Below are positions 20,450-32,703 of a DNA stretch of 64,000 bases, one piece after another (position 1 is the stretch's first letter; each line of letters begins with the position of its first letter). Source of the DNA: Amphiscolops sp. MND2022 (taxonomy: Eukaryota); assembly GCA_964187785.1 (NCBI GenBank), contig OZ076409.1, positions 59,956,001 through 60,020,000 of the forward strand, given 5' to 3'. Under the pieces are notes generated by a model, which ran no database searches, had not been told where the DNA came from, and was given only the letters and a program-made list of their open reading frames with translations. The translations under genes were made by a program, and so were the position numbers.

Positions 20450-21179
20450 TGTAACGATAAGCGCTGGCGCTTGAACCGCAACGTAGAGTGGAGGAACTAG
20501 AACAGCGAATATAATCTGGGACCTAGATCTCCGCGGCCCTAGCTCATTTTCCCTCCGAAGGAGCCAGTCCCAAGATGGGGGAACCGTCTTGTAGGACGCT
20601 CTCTGGCCTGGTCCTAGTCTGTAACTGCTAAAAGTAACAGGCATCTTGCAAGACTCAAGACCACTGCTCAACTAGCCTTTAAAAATTGGGCTGAAAATCG
20701 ATGAAGGTTGAACCGTAATATTGGAGAATCTGATAAAATCGCCAAATTGAATAAACAGATGTTAAACAACAGCTCTCGAGCATATTAATCTACCACATCG
20801 AAAAATACAACAAGAAATCAAGAGTTCAGAGTCATTTGATGAGAATTGACCTCAGGTTCCCAGCGCTAGCGCTAGTTGCCACACAGGATACCGCAGGGAT
20901 ACTCAGGCGAACATCTGGAACACTGGTTTCCTTTACTGTAGTAATGGATATCTCCTAGAGATTGACACAATACCGTGTTCTGTATGCGTTGGGGACGTCT
21001 TCGTAGTCGTCTCCGGTGCTTGTTCGTCGCGAGCGGCGATTTCTGCTTTTTTGGGGTGCTTTTTCTGGCAGGTACTTCGTCTTGAGCATGTTTGAGTGCC
21101 ACGTCAAATTTGAACGAATTTTTGACAAAATTTTCTAAACATGTCGGTTGATGTTGCTGTACCAGAGCTTGCCGTTACA
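20450..21179 (-). repeat. 5' LTR (730 bp) of giant Gypsy element
   Basis: Near-identical to 2329-3057; followed on the minus strand by spacer and PBS. Confidence 0.97.
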
Positions 21180-21410
21180 ATCAACTTTCAAGCTACAGCT
21201 GAGCTACTTTGTGTATTTCGGCACTGTGTGACATTTTTGGTCAACTGACAATTCCAGTCTTCGGAAAACGTTTTTTGTAGCTAAAGGGTGTCTGTTCAAT
21301 GTTTTTCCAGCATTTGGAGAAGTAGCAATCAAGTTTATTCAAAAGACAGCTTTTCGACTTTTCCAGTCTCAAGCGGTGTTCCCTTTTTGTTCTGGTTTTC
21401 TGCTTAGTTC

Positions 21411-21471
21411 TCCGCAGAGTCCCTGCGTATTGGTGACAGTCATTCCGCAGAGTCCCTGCGTATTGGTGACA
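21411..21471. repeat. Short direct repeat (28-bp TCCGCAGAGTCCCTGCGTATTGGTGACA x2, 33-bp period)
   Basis: Identical copies at 21411-21438 and 21444-21471. Confidence 0.9.
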
Positions 21472-22017
21472 AACAGTCATGATGTAGAAGATATTCAACC
21501 AAGTCGGATTTTAGTAGTAAGTACGTTTCAGATGTATGAGCTGCATTAGGACAACAGCAGTGCCAGAAAACTAGAGAGAGCAAGTTACCAAAAGACATCG
21601 AATGGTAACGTTGGCCAAAAATTGTCGATTTGATGACTGATGCTTCCTACGAACTCCAATCCATTTTTTCACAGCGACTTTTCTCTTAGGGAATTCGCAG
21701 CGTCCAGGTTCGAAATCGCGCACATCAATGCTATGAGACAGCAAATGGAAAAAGGGCAAGAACAAGGTTCGATTTCTAGAAAAGTTTCTCTAAAAAACAG
21801 ACTCTAAAATCGTCTCTGCCAGGTTTAAAATTTCAAAGCTGTCGATCTGAAATGTTAATTATTGTTAATTATTGGAAGTGTGAGGGCCCGTGGATGAGTC
21901 CGGCCGTAACCCTATTCAGCAAATAATACAAGTTTGCGTCAAAAAAGTTGAAGGCTCCACTGATAATCTGAATGCTAAAACTTTCACATTTCTAAATGTG
22001 AAAATGTTTATACGCAC

Positions 22018-22230
22018 CAAACTCGGCCCGATTGAGAAGCTCAATTCTTTCGATAGCTGCGTGATCGACGTTGATGTACGCATATCCCTCTTCTTCGGGC
22101 TGTGCCACATAGCAGTTCTGCGTAGCCAGATCGTCGTGTCCCTCGAATGCCTTGTCAATCGAAGACCCGTCATGAGCTTCAGGAGAAGCCGAGTATCCAT
22201 TCACTGTCAGAGGCCCCGGTTTGGTCAGTG
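22018..22230 (-). CDS. Exon 4 of F-type-lectin-like gene; first half of domain 2
   Basis: gatcag|CA CTG ACC...GAG TTT G|gtgcgt; GYSASPEAHDGSSIDKAFEG...C...IERIELLNRAEF; 213 nt, phase 1-1, paralogous to exon 2. Confidence 0.8.
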
Positions 22231-24019
22231 CTGATCAAGGGGAAAACTCATGTAGTATACAGCCCAGAATACAGTACATTAGATGAAAAATTATCATATT
22301 TGTCAGTGCGTAATGTCCAAACACAAAATTAAAAAGTCGTATGAAAGTTACGTCGAATGAAACTGGCCGTGTCAATTTGACGTTTCATTCATTTCGAGAT
22401 ATAGGAACTGAATGCAATTTAATTTTTCAAATCCTTTTTGAATTTTAATCTTATCCCTTGAGTTATTTCAATATATGATTTTAGCAAGATCTGCAATATT
22501 ATTTCTTACTTAGTTCAAGTAGGTTCTTTCGTCCGAATAATGAAGCATGCAAAATTTTCTGCAACACTAACTCTTAACCCTAAATGGACCATGGTACGAT
22601 TTCTTACCAGTTAAATTCTGCAAACTTCTAAACGCACCAGCTGATCGTATGGTGAAAAAATGTCTTGAATAAGATTTCCAGACAATTTTACATAGCATTG
22701 CACGCTTTTTCACGGAATATTGACATGAAGTCTCCGAAATCATGAATATGGGACGAAATTTTTTTTTGATGAGCGCAGATTTTCCGTTTTTCCAGTTTTT
22801 TCCGGCCCTTTTATCCGGCCCTTTTATCCCACTGGTATCAAGATTGGGTCAAAGTGACCCTAGCATGTGTTGAAACATGCTGAAATGCAATTGAGGCACG
22901 AGACGTGCAAAGTTTTGGCGCAAAGTCGGGAGCCAGTGCGGCGAAGCCACACTCCAGCGGAGGAGTTCGCGCAAAAAACTTTGCACACCCAGCAGTTCAA
23001 AGCTCAAATTGAATGCCCTGATTGTCTTCTTTCGAACGCAATATGAATTGTTTGTCTGACTTCAATCGTTTAACAAATTTTGCGTATTAAAGTTTAAACA
23101 CCAGATTTTTGGATGGATACGGAAATGTCCTGGTTCATTTAAGATTAGGATGAAAAATTGATCAAGGGATTTAGGTTCTCGACAATTTGGAACAAATTGG
23201 GAACAATCAAAAGCTAACCACCGGTCACCTCCAGTCACCTCTCATGTGAGTCACAACGGTTGCTATGCAAATACAGTAGTTATCATTTGTAATTAGATAT
23301 AGTTCTGCCGCATGTTCAACCGTTGACGACAGTTCGAAAAATGAAAAAAAGTGTTCTTAAAACGTTAATGACTCATCGTTTGTTCCGGACGCACTGGCTG
23401 GGTCTGGTACGAAGTGGTGGTTTGAATTGAAATTATAATGAACGTTGAATACTGAATGCATATTAACATGGTGTAAGATGGTCAAACTTTGACCACATTC
23501 CACTTATTGCCAGTAGTGGGTCGGTATACTTGAAATAAGTGGAAGTTATTCACTTTGACTGAATTACGGAAAAGTGAATTTTTGGACCAACTTCAACTTT
23601 GCACTAACTACGCGCCCGCCTTGAATAGTTCCCACTAAATCGTTGCCACAGCTACACTTACGAGACGTAGACCGCCTTGACTGACTCACAATAAATGACA
23701 ATTTTACAAATTAAACAGATTACGCTGCGTGACCGGAATCCATTTCACTGGGATGTGTATTTTAAAGGGTATTTCTGGGCTAATAGTTCGAAAACAATCT
23801 TGATTGACTCCCTTGTTAATAAAAATGTTTTCCTTCCAATGATCTTGCAAGAATCTTCAAAGGTCTTGCAAGATAATGCATTATCATTGGATTCCTCGGG
23901 AGATTGTTACCAGATACATGCATGTGTTGCATGCCTCGCAAGATTCTTGGAGGATTCTTCCAGGAATATATTGAAAGCAAGGAGCTCGCAATTTTCTCAA
24001 ATAGGTTTGTGCTGCTAAC

Positions 24020-24217
24020 GTGTTCCATCAATTTGAACTTCACAAAATCCCAAATGTGCGCTAGGGTTGATGAGTTGTACCATGTTGCCAACCAAGGGTC
24101 CATCTTGGCACTTGATTGTGACCCATTCACCTTCCTCTGAGGAATCAGGGGTACCACATACTTTGCAGTCGCCCCCCTTGACACAGACACTGGCCTGGAT
24201 TGTAGCCAGTTTGTCAG
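24020..24217 (-). CDS. Exon 3 of F-type-lectin-like gene; second half of domain 1
   Basis: ttttcag|CT GAC AAA...GGA ACA C|gttag; ...CKVCG...C...G..VQL...HLGFCEVQIDGT. Confidence 0.8.
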
Positions 24218-25152
24218 CTGAAAACATGCAAAAACATACATACAAAAAACTTGCAAAAAATGTACCAACAAATACTTTCCTTACAATGGGATGTATCAAA
24301 AGCAACGCTTTCTATCGTTTCAATCAGCAAACCAGTAAAAATAAAACTTTTTGATGGTTTTCAAAGAGCAATACATTGCACAACTAGCTTGTGACAATCT
24401 TTTAGATCTATCTACAGTGATTATCAAAAATGTGGAAAAAGTCTCCAAAAGATTCCTGTGACCACAGCCCTTTTTCATACAAAATAGATTAACATGCAGC
24501 AATAATTTTTAAGCTCAAGACCCTCATTTTAAATAATCCAACTCTCATTCTCTCTTCATTCTCATTTGATTAATCATCACCAGCTGCAGCAACACACTTG
24601 TTTTTCTGTCAATTTAAATTTTCAAGAATTTTTCTTGGCATTTTTGGCGAACAAAAAAATCGAAACGCAAAAGTTGCAGAGCTCAGCTCATAGTTTTAAG
24701 TATTGTCATAAAGATTTCAAAACTCGATGAGCTGTAGTAATTCCGAGTGTCAATCATGCATATTGGCAAGTTACGCAAATTCTCATTACGTAATCAAATC
24801 TTTATCTAATGTTCGTTCGTGGACGGTATAACATTTTGATTTGTGAATTTTTTTCAATTCAAGTGAAAATTGTCGATGGAGTACATTATTTATCTTTTGC
24901 AATAGTTCCGCGTCTTTCTATCTTTCAGTTGAGAAAACGCTTCAATGAAAAATCAGTTTCATCAGACTTTCATAAAAGCTGTCTTAGCGATTGAAACTAC
25001 CTACCAATTCGGGTTTTGATGTCTGAGTTGCTTAATAGCTAGGAAACTGAATTGCTGACCAATTCAAATTGATTTGCGTTTCGGAAGAAGTTGTTGACAG
25101 ATTTTGAAATTGAGAGCTCGAAAAATCTTACATTTTTTCTGGGTTTACTTAC

Positions 25153-25365
25153 CAAATTCATTACGATTGAGTAGTTCAATCCGATCAATAGCTGAGTGCT
25201 CGATGTCGATGTATGCAAATCCATTTTCTTCGGTTTTCGCAACGTAACAGTCTTCTCGTCCCAGTTTATCGTTTCCTTCGAAAGCCTTGTCAATTGATGA
25301 TTCTTCGTGTGCTTTCGGAGACGCTGAATATCCCACTATTTCGATGGCCGGTTTCTCCAATAGGG
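25153..25365 (-). CDS. Exon 2 of F-type-lectin-like gene; first half of domain 1
   Basis: ttttag|CC CTA TTG...GAA TTT G|gtaagt; SSIDKAFEG...DCYVA...IDRIELLNRNEF. Confidence 0.8.
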
Positions 25366-25724
25366 CTAAAAGCATCGTGTTTCATTCTTTGTAGCCAAAT
25401 TGCATCTCTAATCTCCGAAATTATAAAAAAAAGTTGATATATTTTTATTCGCATTCAGATAACAAGTAAATGCGTTGTCCTTAAAGATATTACCGGAATT
25501 GGTTTCCAGTAATTTGCTATTAGCAAGTTTTTTTCTATCTTTGTTTTGTGCGAATAGAAAAACTTTGATTTTTTTTGTCTTACTGAAAACCTAGAAATGA
25601 GAAAAATATCGTTCTCCCTTGTATGAAACTCCAAGGTATATTGTGGGCATTTCTATGAGTGCAACGTTGCGTTAATTATCTTTCTAACGACCTGTTCAAT
25701 CGGTTCTAGTGCTGCAATTAGTTC

Positions 25725-26482
25725 CCATGTTCAGCACTCCCTGCGAATTTGTTCAGATCTGTTCAGATCCTGACAGATATTGCAGGATTTGTCAAAAATT
25801 AACTAGTCATAAAAAAAGTTTTGCCATTGATATTACTGTAGTTTATTAAGATGTGCTCTTCAAGACAAACACGCTTCTTAATTGAAGTTTTAAAAATTTT
25901 GTTCGAACCTGAACAGATCTGTACAGATCATGAAAGATATTCCACGGTTTGTCGAAAATTAACTACACGAAAATGACTAGTAAACTTCTATAATTACAAC
26001 AACTCCAGCAAATTATTTTCCCAAAATATGATAACAGCAGCACTTTATCAGCACATAACTAATTTCATCCGCCAAAACGAAGTAAATATGACGAACGAGC
26101 CTCTCAAAGTTCGACAACCATTTTGGAAAGTTCAAATGAAAAGATTGAATTACCGTCTATAAACAATTGCGAACATTCTTCAATCACCAAAATACCCGTG
26201 ATTGGGAAAGCTTTCCTGCTGGAGAATTATGAGTGATGGAGACTTTCAACTGACTGATCCTTGGTCAACTAAAATACTTTGAGTAGTTGAAGCCCAAAAA
26301 TGCAGTACATTGGTTCCCTGTAAGCTCTCGAAAAAATCATATAAATCTGTACTAAAAATCTTCGAACATCTGTAAAGATCCTTGCAGATCTGCACCTGTC
26401 CTATCGAGGCAGTGGCACGATCTTTACAGATCCTGAAGGGAATAAGGCTCACAGATCTGTACAGATTCTGAAAGAAAGCTCA
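25725..26482. mobile_element. Second (inverted) copy of the CTGTACAGAT MITE family, in lectin intron 1
   Basis: Ends are reverse-complement matches to the two ends of 787-1325. Confidence 0.6.
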
Positions 26483-26712
26483 GCTTCAATAGGTGAAAAA
26501 AATTTACGCGACCTGCGAAACGCATTCAGCACTAAAATGAAATCTTAAAACAAAAGTTTTTTATACTGGAAATTATTCGAAGTTTGTAATCGTTGCTTTA
26601 ATGTATGAGGCACATGCCACATGTATGGTAACTGTATTAGTATTTGGGTCGTTTCAATTTTTGGCTAATTGGTTATTTGTGAAAAATACTTCCAATCAAA
26701 ATGTTATCCAAC

Positions 26713-26767
26713 CTGGACCGGCAGTTGCAGATGCAATAAGACAAATTATCAACGCGGAGCGAAACAT
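26713..26767 (-). CDS. Exon 1 (signal peptide MFRSALIICLIASATAGP) of F-type-lectin-like gene
   Basis: ATG, basic residue, hydrophobic core, A-x-A cleavage site, phase-1 donor G|gttgga compatible with exon 2. Confidence 0.7.
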
Positions 26768-29126
26768 TTCCTCAATTGTTTTACTTGTATATTTTTGGTT
26801 CACACTGGAAAACGAAACAGTGGAAAATGAGAAGGAAAACTATAATGGTAGAAATGGAAATTTTGTCCACTTGAGTTTGAAGTGACAAGACTCCATCACT
26901 TATGTCAACCCCCCCCCACCGAAGGCGGTGCTAATGGGAAACTTGGTATCAAAAGATGAAATTATTCCAATGTTTGCAGGAAGATGTGCTTCATCTCTCG
27001 AGCTTCACGTACTAGCATGATTTAGCTTCCTTAGCTTCCAACCATTTTTGGAACTCAACAAATTTCCATCGACAGTCATTATATAACAGATTTGAATGCA
27101 ATAAAAATATTTCCCAGAGTTCGTTTTCGTCACAATTTCAAAATATACAAGAAATACCATGCTCGCACTGTATAAACATGAACCATTTAAAATAGATTTT
27201 CTATTTTCCGTTGTAGAAAAGTTTCTGACAGTTTCTGTTTTTTGAACGCCGAAACAGAAAGACTTGAGCACACGAACCTGGTTTGTGTTTCCTGGTTTAT
27301 ACTAAACATGTTCCGTATCTTGAAAAACCTTGGCACCTTAAGCAGTTGAAAAAGTTCTCAAAAAATGTAACCGCAAAAATCTAATCAACATCAAATCAGG
27401 AAGTTTTCAGGAAATTAATGGCATTTTTGAGGTTGTTAATAGAACTTCACTTCTCGAATTAAGTTACCCCAAACTTCCGTTTACCCTTTTCCAGGAACAG
27501 TTTACAATCAATCAAATTTCGGCGTATTACTGAATATAGAAGCGTGAAATGGCACAGTTTTTTTACAATTAGGTAATACTGCGTAAAATTGAATGAAAAA
27601 TATCAAAAACATCAATTTTCAGAGAACAATTTTGTTTTGCCATTTCGTAATTAGCAACAAAACAGCAAAGTTTTTACAGCCAGCTAAATTTCGGACCAAT
27701 TTAGATTTCGAAACTCAGAAGAAGACTTTGTTTTTGTATGTCAAAACAAAATGAAAAAGTTTTTTTTTTCTAATTTTGGACAAGCAGATGCTTGAACTGA
27801 GCGTGAATTTGGGCCGGAATTAGCGTGACACAGAATCGTGAAATTTGATGGTTCTTCAGTGTGAATTTCTGCGGAGCCTAGCATCAAAATACAATCAGTC
27901 ATGAATTGGACAGTTCAACTTTGAACGCAATATAATAGGTAGCAATATAATAGAAATGCATGGTGAATTTTCAAAACCCATGGTGGACGGCCGACTGCAC
28001 TTGTGCAACCTTGTTTCCTTGTTTCAGGAATAACGAAGAATTGGGTTCAAATCCCTCTCAGGTCCAAAAATTTTCATCTTTCTACATCGAACTGCACTAT
28101 CAGCATTACTGATGTCATTACTGATGAAGTGGGAAAAGGTCGGAAATAGTGTACAAAGTTTGGATACGGAGCGCATTTTCCAGTGTAAAACATCTCGAGG
28201 TTTTCAATCTATTCAACCCCAATATTTTTGGATCCTATGAACGACAGTTTTTTTGGCTTTATTGTTGTCTGGGATATTTTTTTGGCGGAAACCTACCTGA
28301 AACATTTTGACGTCTCCACTCGCGATGTTTTCAGTATGAGTTTTGAAACCTTCAAAAACAAATGTAGGTCATGCAGCGGTATTCCGATCCCGTACTCAGT
28401 TTAAACAGAAGTTAAGTTTTTTTTGGTTTTCATCTATTCACCATAAACAGGTAAAATGAGTAAAATCTCACCTTGCAAATGTTTTCCTAAGTTTACCAAT
28501 CTAATTTGATACTCAAAACCATGGAGGTTGTTCCACAGAGTTCAACTACGAAAACAGTCATTCGTAGCTTAGTTACCTGTGGATGTCTTTGAGTGGTTTC
28601 TTTGATTTCATCTTAATATCGTTCATTAATTCAGTGAAAGTTATTATATATTTTTTAATTTGAACTTGTACACTGCCTAATATAAAGAAAGAAATATTTT
28701 CTCTTATATAAATGAAATTCAGTGTTTTTTTAGTGGCTTAGTAGCTCTTCATGTTGGCTTGACATCAGCATTTCTGCACCTAACAGGTCTGATACAATTT
28801 TGAATTTTGTATTGATAATTGAAATTCAGCTAAACTGCCTCTGTTTCGCTCTTTATTCCCAGTGTAAAAACTCTTGGAACTCTTGTCAAGATCTTGCTTA
28901 TTCTTACATATTCCCGTTTACTCTTGAAACTCTTGATAAAATCTTGTTCATTCTTGCTTCACACAAACTTCTTGAATTTCTCGATAGTATTCTTGGTAAG
29001 AGTCTTATCAAGAGTGTCAAGAGAATGAATAAAATGTAAAACAAACACATCAATTTTGTTTACAAGTATTTTGCTGTTGTTCGCACTACCAGCTACACTA
29101 TCATTCTTTGAAGTATTGAATATAGG

Positions 29127-30749
29127 TGTCGCGGGCTGCCGCCTGCGATGGAAACTGGTATTCGATTGGATACAATTACGACACTCTCCCTGGTACACTC
29201 CCAATGGACTAAAGGAAAGATTGTTGGTCCAGAAGCCAAGAAAATAAACTACAAACTGCTATGTTATTGTGACTGATTTCTTGCAAATGTAATGTTTTGT
29301 TTATGGCCTTTACGACTTTAAGTCCAAAATGGTTTGTGTTAATTAATCAGGAATTGCCATGTAAAATAAACACTTAATTATTTCAAAGTTGAATCTCATG
29401 TAATAGAACATGTAAAGTTATACAGATATATACATTAGCCGAGAAATTGGACACCAAGGCGTACAGGTAGAGGAAACGAGTTCAAATGTTTCCTCTCCTG
29501 TTTCGCTAGACACGCTGTCCGTCTAATTACTCAGCCAATCACAGCGCGCTATTCATTCATTCATTCTTATGCAGTGCTCTAATTAAAGGACTCAAAGGAC
29601 ATATGCCGTCAAGTAGTTGTTGGTGCACTATTAAATAAAGGCGCGTGGACACTGAGACCAAAATTGAATGAAAGGTGCTCCCCGCAGTATCTTTTATTAG
29701 ATAAAAGTTGTACTCAATGTAGTATTGCCCCTTTTGATGAGAACCATTGAAATATTTGCGCTATTTATGACGGAAGCATATTGTCAACCATACGCATTAA
29801 GACATGCAAATAGTTGCCATTTAAATACAGGTACAGGAAGTGTTTCGTTGAAGCTACATGTATATTTGAAAGCTACATGAAACCTTGTGTTCATCTATAT
29901 AAAATTGTCGGCGGTGCTAGTAAGCGAACCAACCCTTTGATGTGGTCCCTTTGTCGTGCCGCCTTCATGGCTATAAATAGTAGTTGCTAATTTTAGATGT
30001 GATGCAGGTTATTTTTAGTAACATGACTGAAAATATTTTGAATGTCATGCAAGGTTAATTATAAATAACCGGGACTTGTGGTCCCGGGGATATAATTTTG
30101 CCTTGGACTATTCATAATCAGTTCGTTGTAAAACACTCGAATAAAATACTATTTGCAAGCCTGAAGATAATTACCTCTTACCTCTTGCAATTGTCTCTTA
30201 TGCCTTCCACAAGAAGACAGAAAGCTAAAGCTAGAAAGTCTAGGGAAATGGACATGATGTCCGACATAGATAATCTAGACGTAATGTTGGGAAGCGGGAA
30301 CGAAAACCCCATTGAGAGGGAATTAGCAGACGCAATCGAACAGTCCTCTGTCCAAGAGGACTACGGGGCAATTGAGTATCAAGAGAACAATTATAGAAAC
30401 TTTGTACGAGAAGATGAGCCTCTTAGACAAAATGAAGTTAGACAGTCTTTTGAGACTTTCACGAACGAATTTAACCTCAGATAGTCTCAAGAAATGGATT
30501 CCATGATGTCCATGGTCCATAATCAAATAAACAGAGCGATTAGCAACGCTATATCAGAAAAGGTGGTCCCAGAAATTCAAAACATCGTAAGTTCAATGTC
30601 ATCTTCAGGGAACAGGGACACTGGGGCCAGCATGTCCACTAGCAGCCAGGAAAATAGGGAAATTCCATCCGGGTTGAAATCAAAAATAACAAAAAAGGAC
30701 TCACGGTCCGTAGGTGATTTAAGAGACACCACGGGACGTGGCTCTTACA
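29127..30749 (+). mobile_element. Solo LTR (1,623 bp) with 5-bp TSD ATAGG
   Basis: ATAGG|TG...CA|ATAGG; the empty site GTATTGAAT-ATAGG-ACA is preserved in the duplicate copy at ~31992-32010. Confidence 0.9.
30200..30749 (+). pseudogene. ORF beginning inside the solo LTR (probable Gag N-terminus), one premature TAG at 30482
   Basis: MPSTRRQKAKARKSREMDMMSD...; ORFs 30098-30484 and 30494-30820 share one frame that runs out through the LTR end. Confidence 0.65.
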
Positions 30750-31357
30750 ATAGGACAACACAAAGTAGTGAATTCCAGAACGTGATAGCTTGGTTGGTAG
30801 CGCGAAAAGCTGCGGCATAATAGGTAACCTGATCAAGCTGCAGTTGGCGTCAGTTTTTGTTTGTTTTCATTCACTTTTGTCAGTTCATCTCTTGAATTTC
30901 TTGGCACGATCTTGCAAGATCTTGCAAATTCGTGGATTTCTTGATAAAAATCTTGGCAAGATTCTTACCAAGAAATTCAGGAATATCCAAGATTCTTATC
31001 AAGAGTTGCAAGAGTTTTTACACTGGGTTGTTTTTCGATAGTTTCTGTTGCTCGGTGACTTGGTCTCGAGACCACATTAGTTAGAAGCTTGCAAGGATGA
31101 AAAATGGAAGAAATCACCGCTTCAAATTGATTTCTGCTATAAATAAGATTTCCTGACCAACTTGGCCCAATTATTCGAGTCTGGGTCCATATCATTTTCA
31201 CCCAGTGTTTTTTATAACAAAAACTGGCGACTCTTACAGTAACAAAACATTTTACTAGGATTTAAAATTCCAATCTTAAAGGAAGACTAGAATTTATGTA
31301 GAAACTAACTTTTACGAATAAATAAAACATCGGAATTCCGATGTTTCACCTTTTCTA

Positions 31358-31453
31358 ACGCACTAACAGAATCTTGAATAGTACCTAGCATCTAGAGACA
31401 GGATTAATCCTGTCTCTAGATGGTAGGTACTATTCACAATTCTGTTAGTGCGT
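31358..31453. repeat. 96-bp loopless palindrome (copy A)
   Basis: Arms centred on GGATT|AATCC, a few mismatches. Confidence 0.9.
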
Positions 31454-32607
31454 CGGTTATGGGACGTTACAATGGCACAGTGTTTCAGAATCTTGAGTGT
31501 TTCCACCAGCGTTAAGATGAAGAATAACTTTTATTCCAGAGACTACCCTTGTTGAAACTGCTTGAACTTTTTGCATGAACCTAAATGTTGAAGCAGCCCC
31601 TTTTATCATGATTCTCTAAAACTCATACGGAAACTTTCACGCGAAAATAATTCCTTGTTGTGTTCGACTTTCATCAAGCTGTTTGAAAGGTTCATCAAAA
31701 CTTTGGCGGCAATATTAAGTGAGCCTAGGCTTTTTGCAGGTTTCATTAAGAAGCAGTTATAATTTTAAAAGCGAATAAATGGCTGACGGTTTTACTATAG
31801 TAAAAAATGGTATACCATTTTAATGCGAAATAACTTCATCCGCGTAATGAACGGCAATTTAGCGTCATGTTTAGACTGTGTTCAAGTTTGAACTTGCGAA
31901 AAATATTCCGTTCCGGTTTCCTAAATGACATCTCTGATCGTCCTAAGAGGAGGATAAAGTCTACCGACGCTAAAATTCACGAAAATTTACTGTATTGAAT
32001 ATAGGACACACAAAGTAGTGAATTTCAGGACGTGATAGCTTGGTTGGTAGCGCGAAAAGCTGCGGCATAATAGGTAACCTGATCAAGCTGCAGTTGGCGT
32101 CAGTTTTTGTTTGTTTTCATTCACTTTTGTCAGTTCATCTCTTGAATTTCTTGGCACGATCTTGCAAGATCTTGCAAATTCGTGGATTTCTTGGTAAGAA
32201 TCTTGGCAAGATTCTTACCAAGAAATTCAGGAATATCCAAGATTCATATCAAGAGTAGCAAGAGTTTTTACACTGGGTTGTTTTTCGATAGTTTCTGTTG
32301 CTTGGTGACTTGGTCTCGAGACCACATTAGTTAGAAGCTTCCAAGGATGAAAAATGGAAGAAATCACCGCTTCAAATTGATTTCTGCTATAAATAAGATT
32401 TCTTGACCAACTTGGCCCAATTATTCGAGTCTGAGTCCATATCATTTTCACCCAGTGCTTTTAATAACAAAAACTGACGACTCTTACAGTAACAAAACAT
32501 TTTACTAGGATTTAAATCTTCACTCTTAAAGGAAGACTAGAATTTATGTAGAAACTAACTTTTTCGAATAAGTAAAACATCGGAATTCCGATGTTTTACC
32601 TATTCTA

Positions 32608-32703
32608 ACGCACTAACAGAATCTTGAATAGTACCTAGCATCTAGAGACAGGATTAATCCTGTCTCTAGAAGCTAGGTACTATTCAAGATTCTGTTAGTG
32701 CGT
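32608..32703. repeat. 96-bp loopless palindrome (copy B)
   Basis: ACGCACTAACAGAATCTTGAATAGTACCTAGC...; arms differ at one position. Confidence 0.92.

Larger units (their letters stand above)
2329..21179 (-). mobile_element. Giant (18,851 bp) Ty3/Gypsy LTR retrotransposon, full length, with extra domains and a second long ORF
   Basis: TG...CA LTRs at both ends, PBS, PPT, order Gag-PR-RT-RH-INT on the minus strand; flanked by ATC on both sides. Confidence 0.97.

Noticed and set aside
21880..21912. Hammerhead-ribozyme-like GATGAG...CGTAAC
   Set aside because: Core CUGANGA/GAAA not intact and no supporting stems
26790..26872. Alternative hydrophobic signal-peptide-like frame upstream of lectin exon 1
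   Set aside because: No in-frame ATG; the 26713-26767 exon has ATG, cleavage site and compatible phase
28040..28056. tRNA gene (GGTTCAAATCC B-box)
   Set aside because: Isolated B-box with no acceptor stem or cloverleaf; at most a SINE remnant
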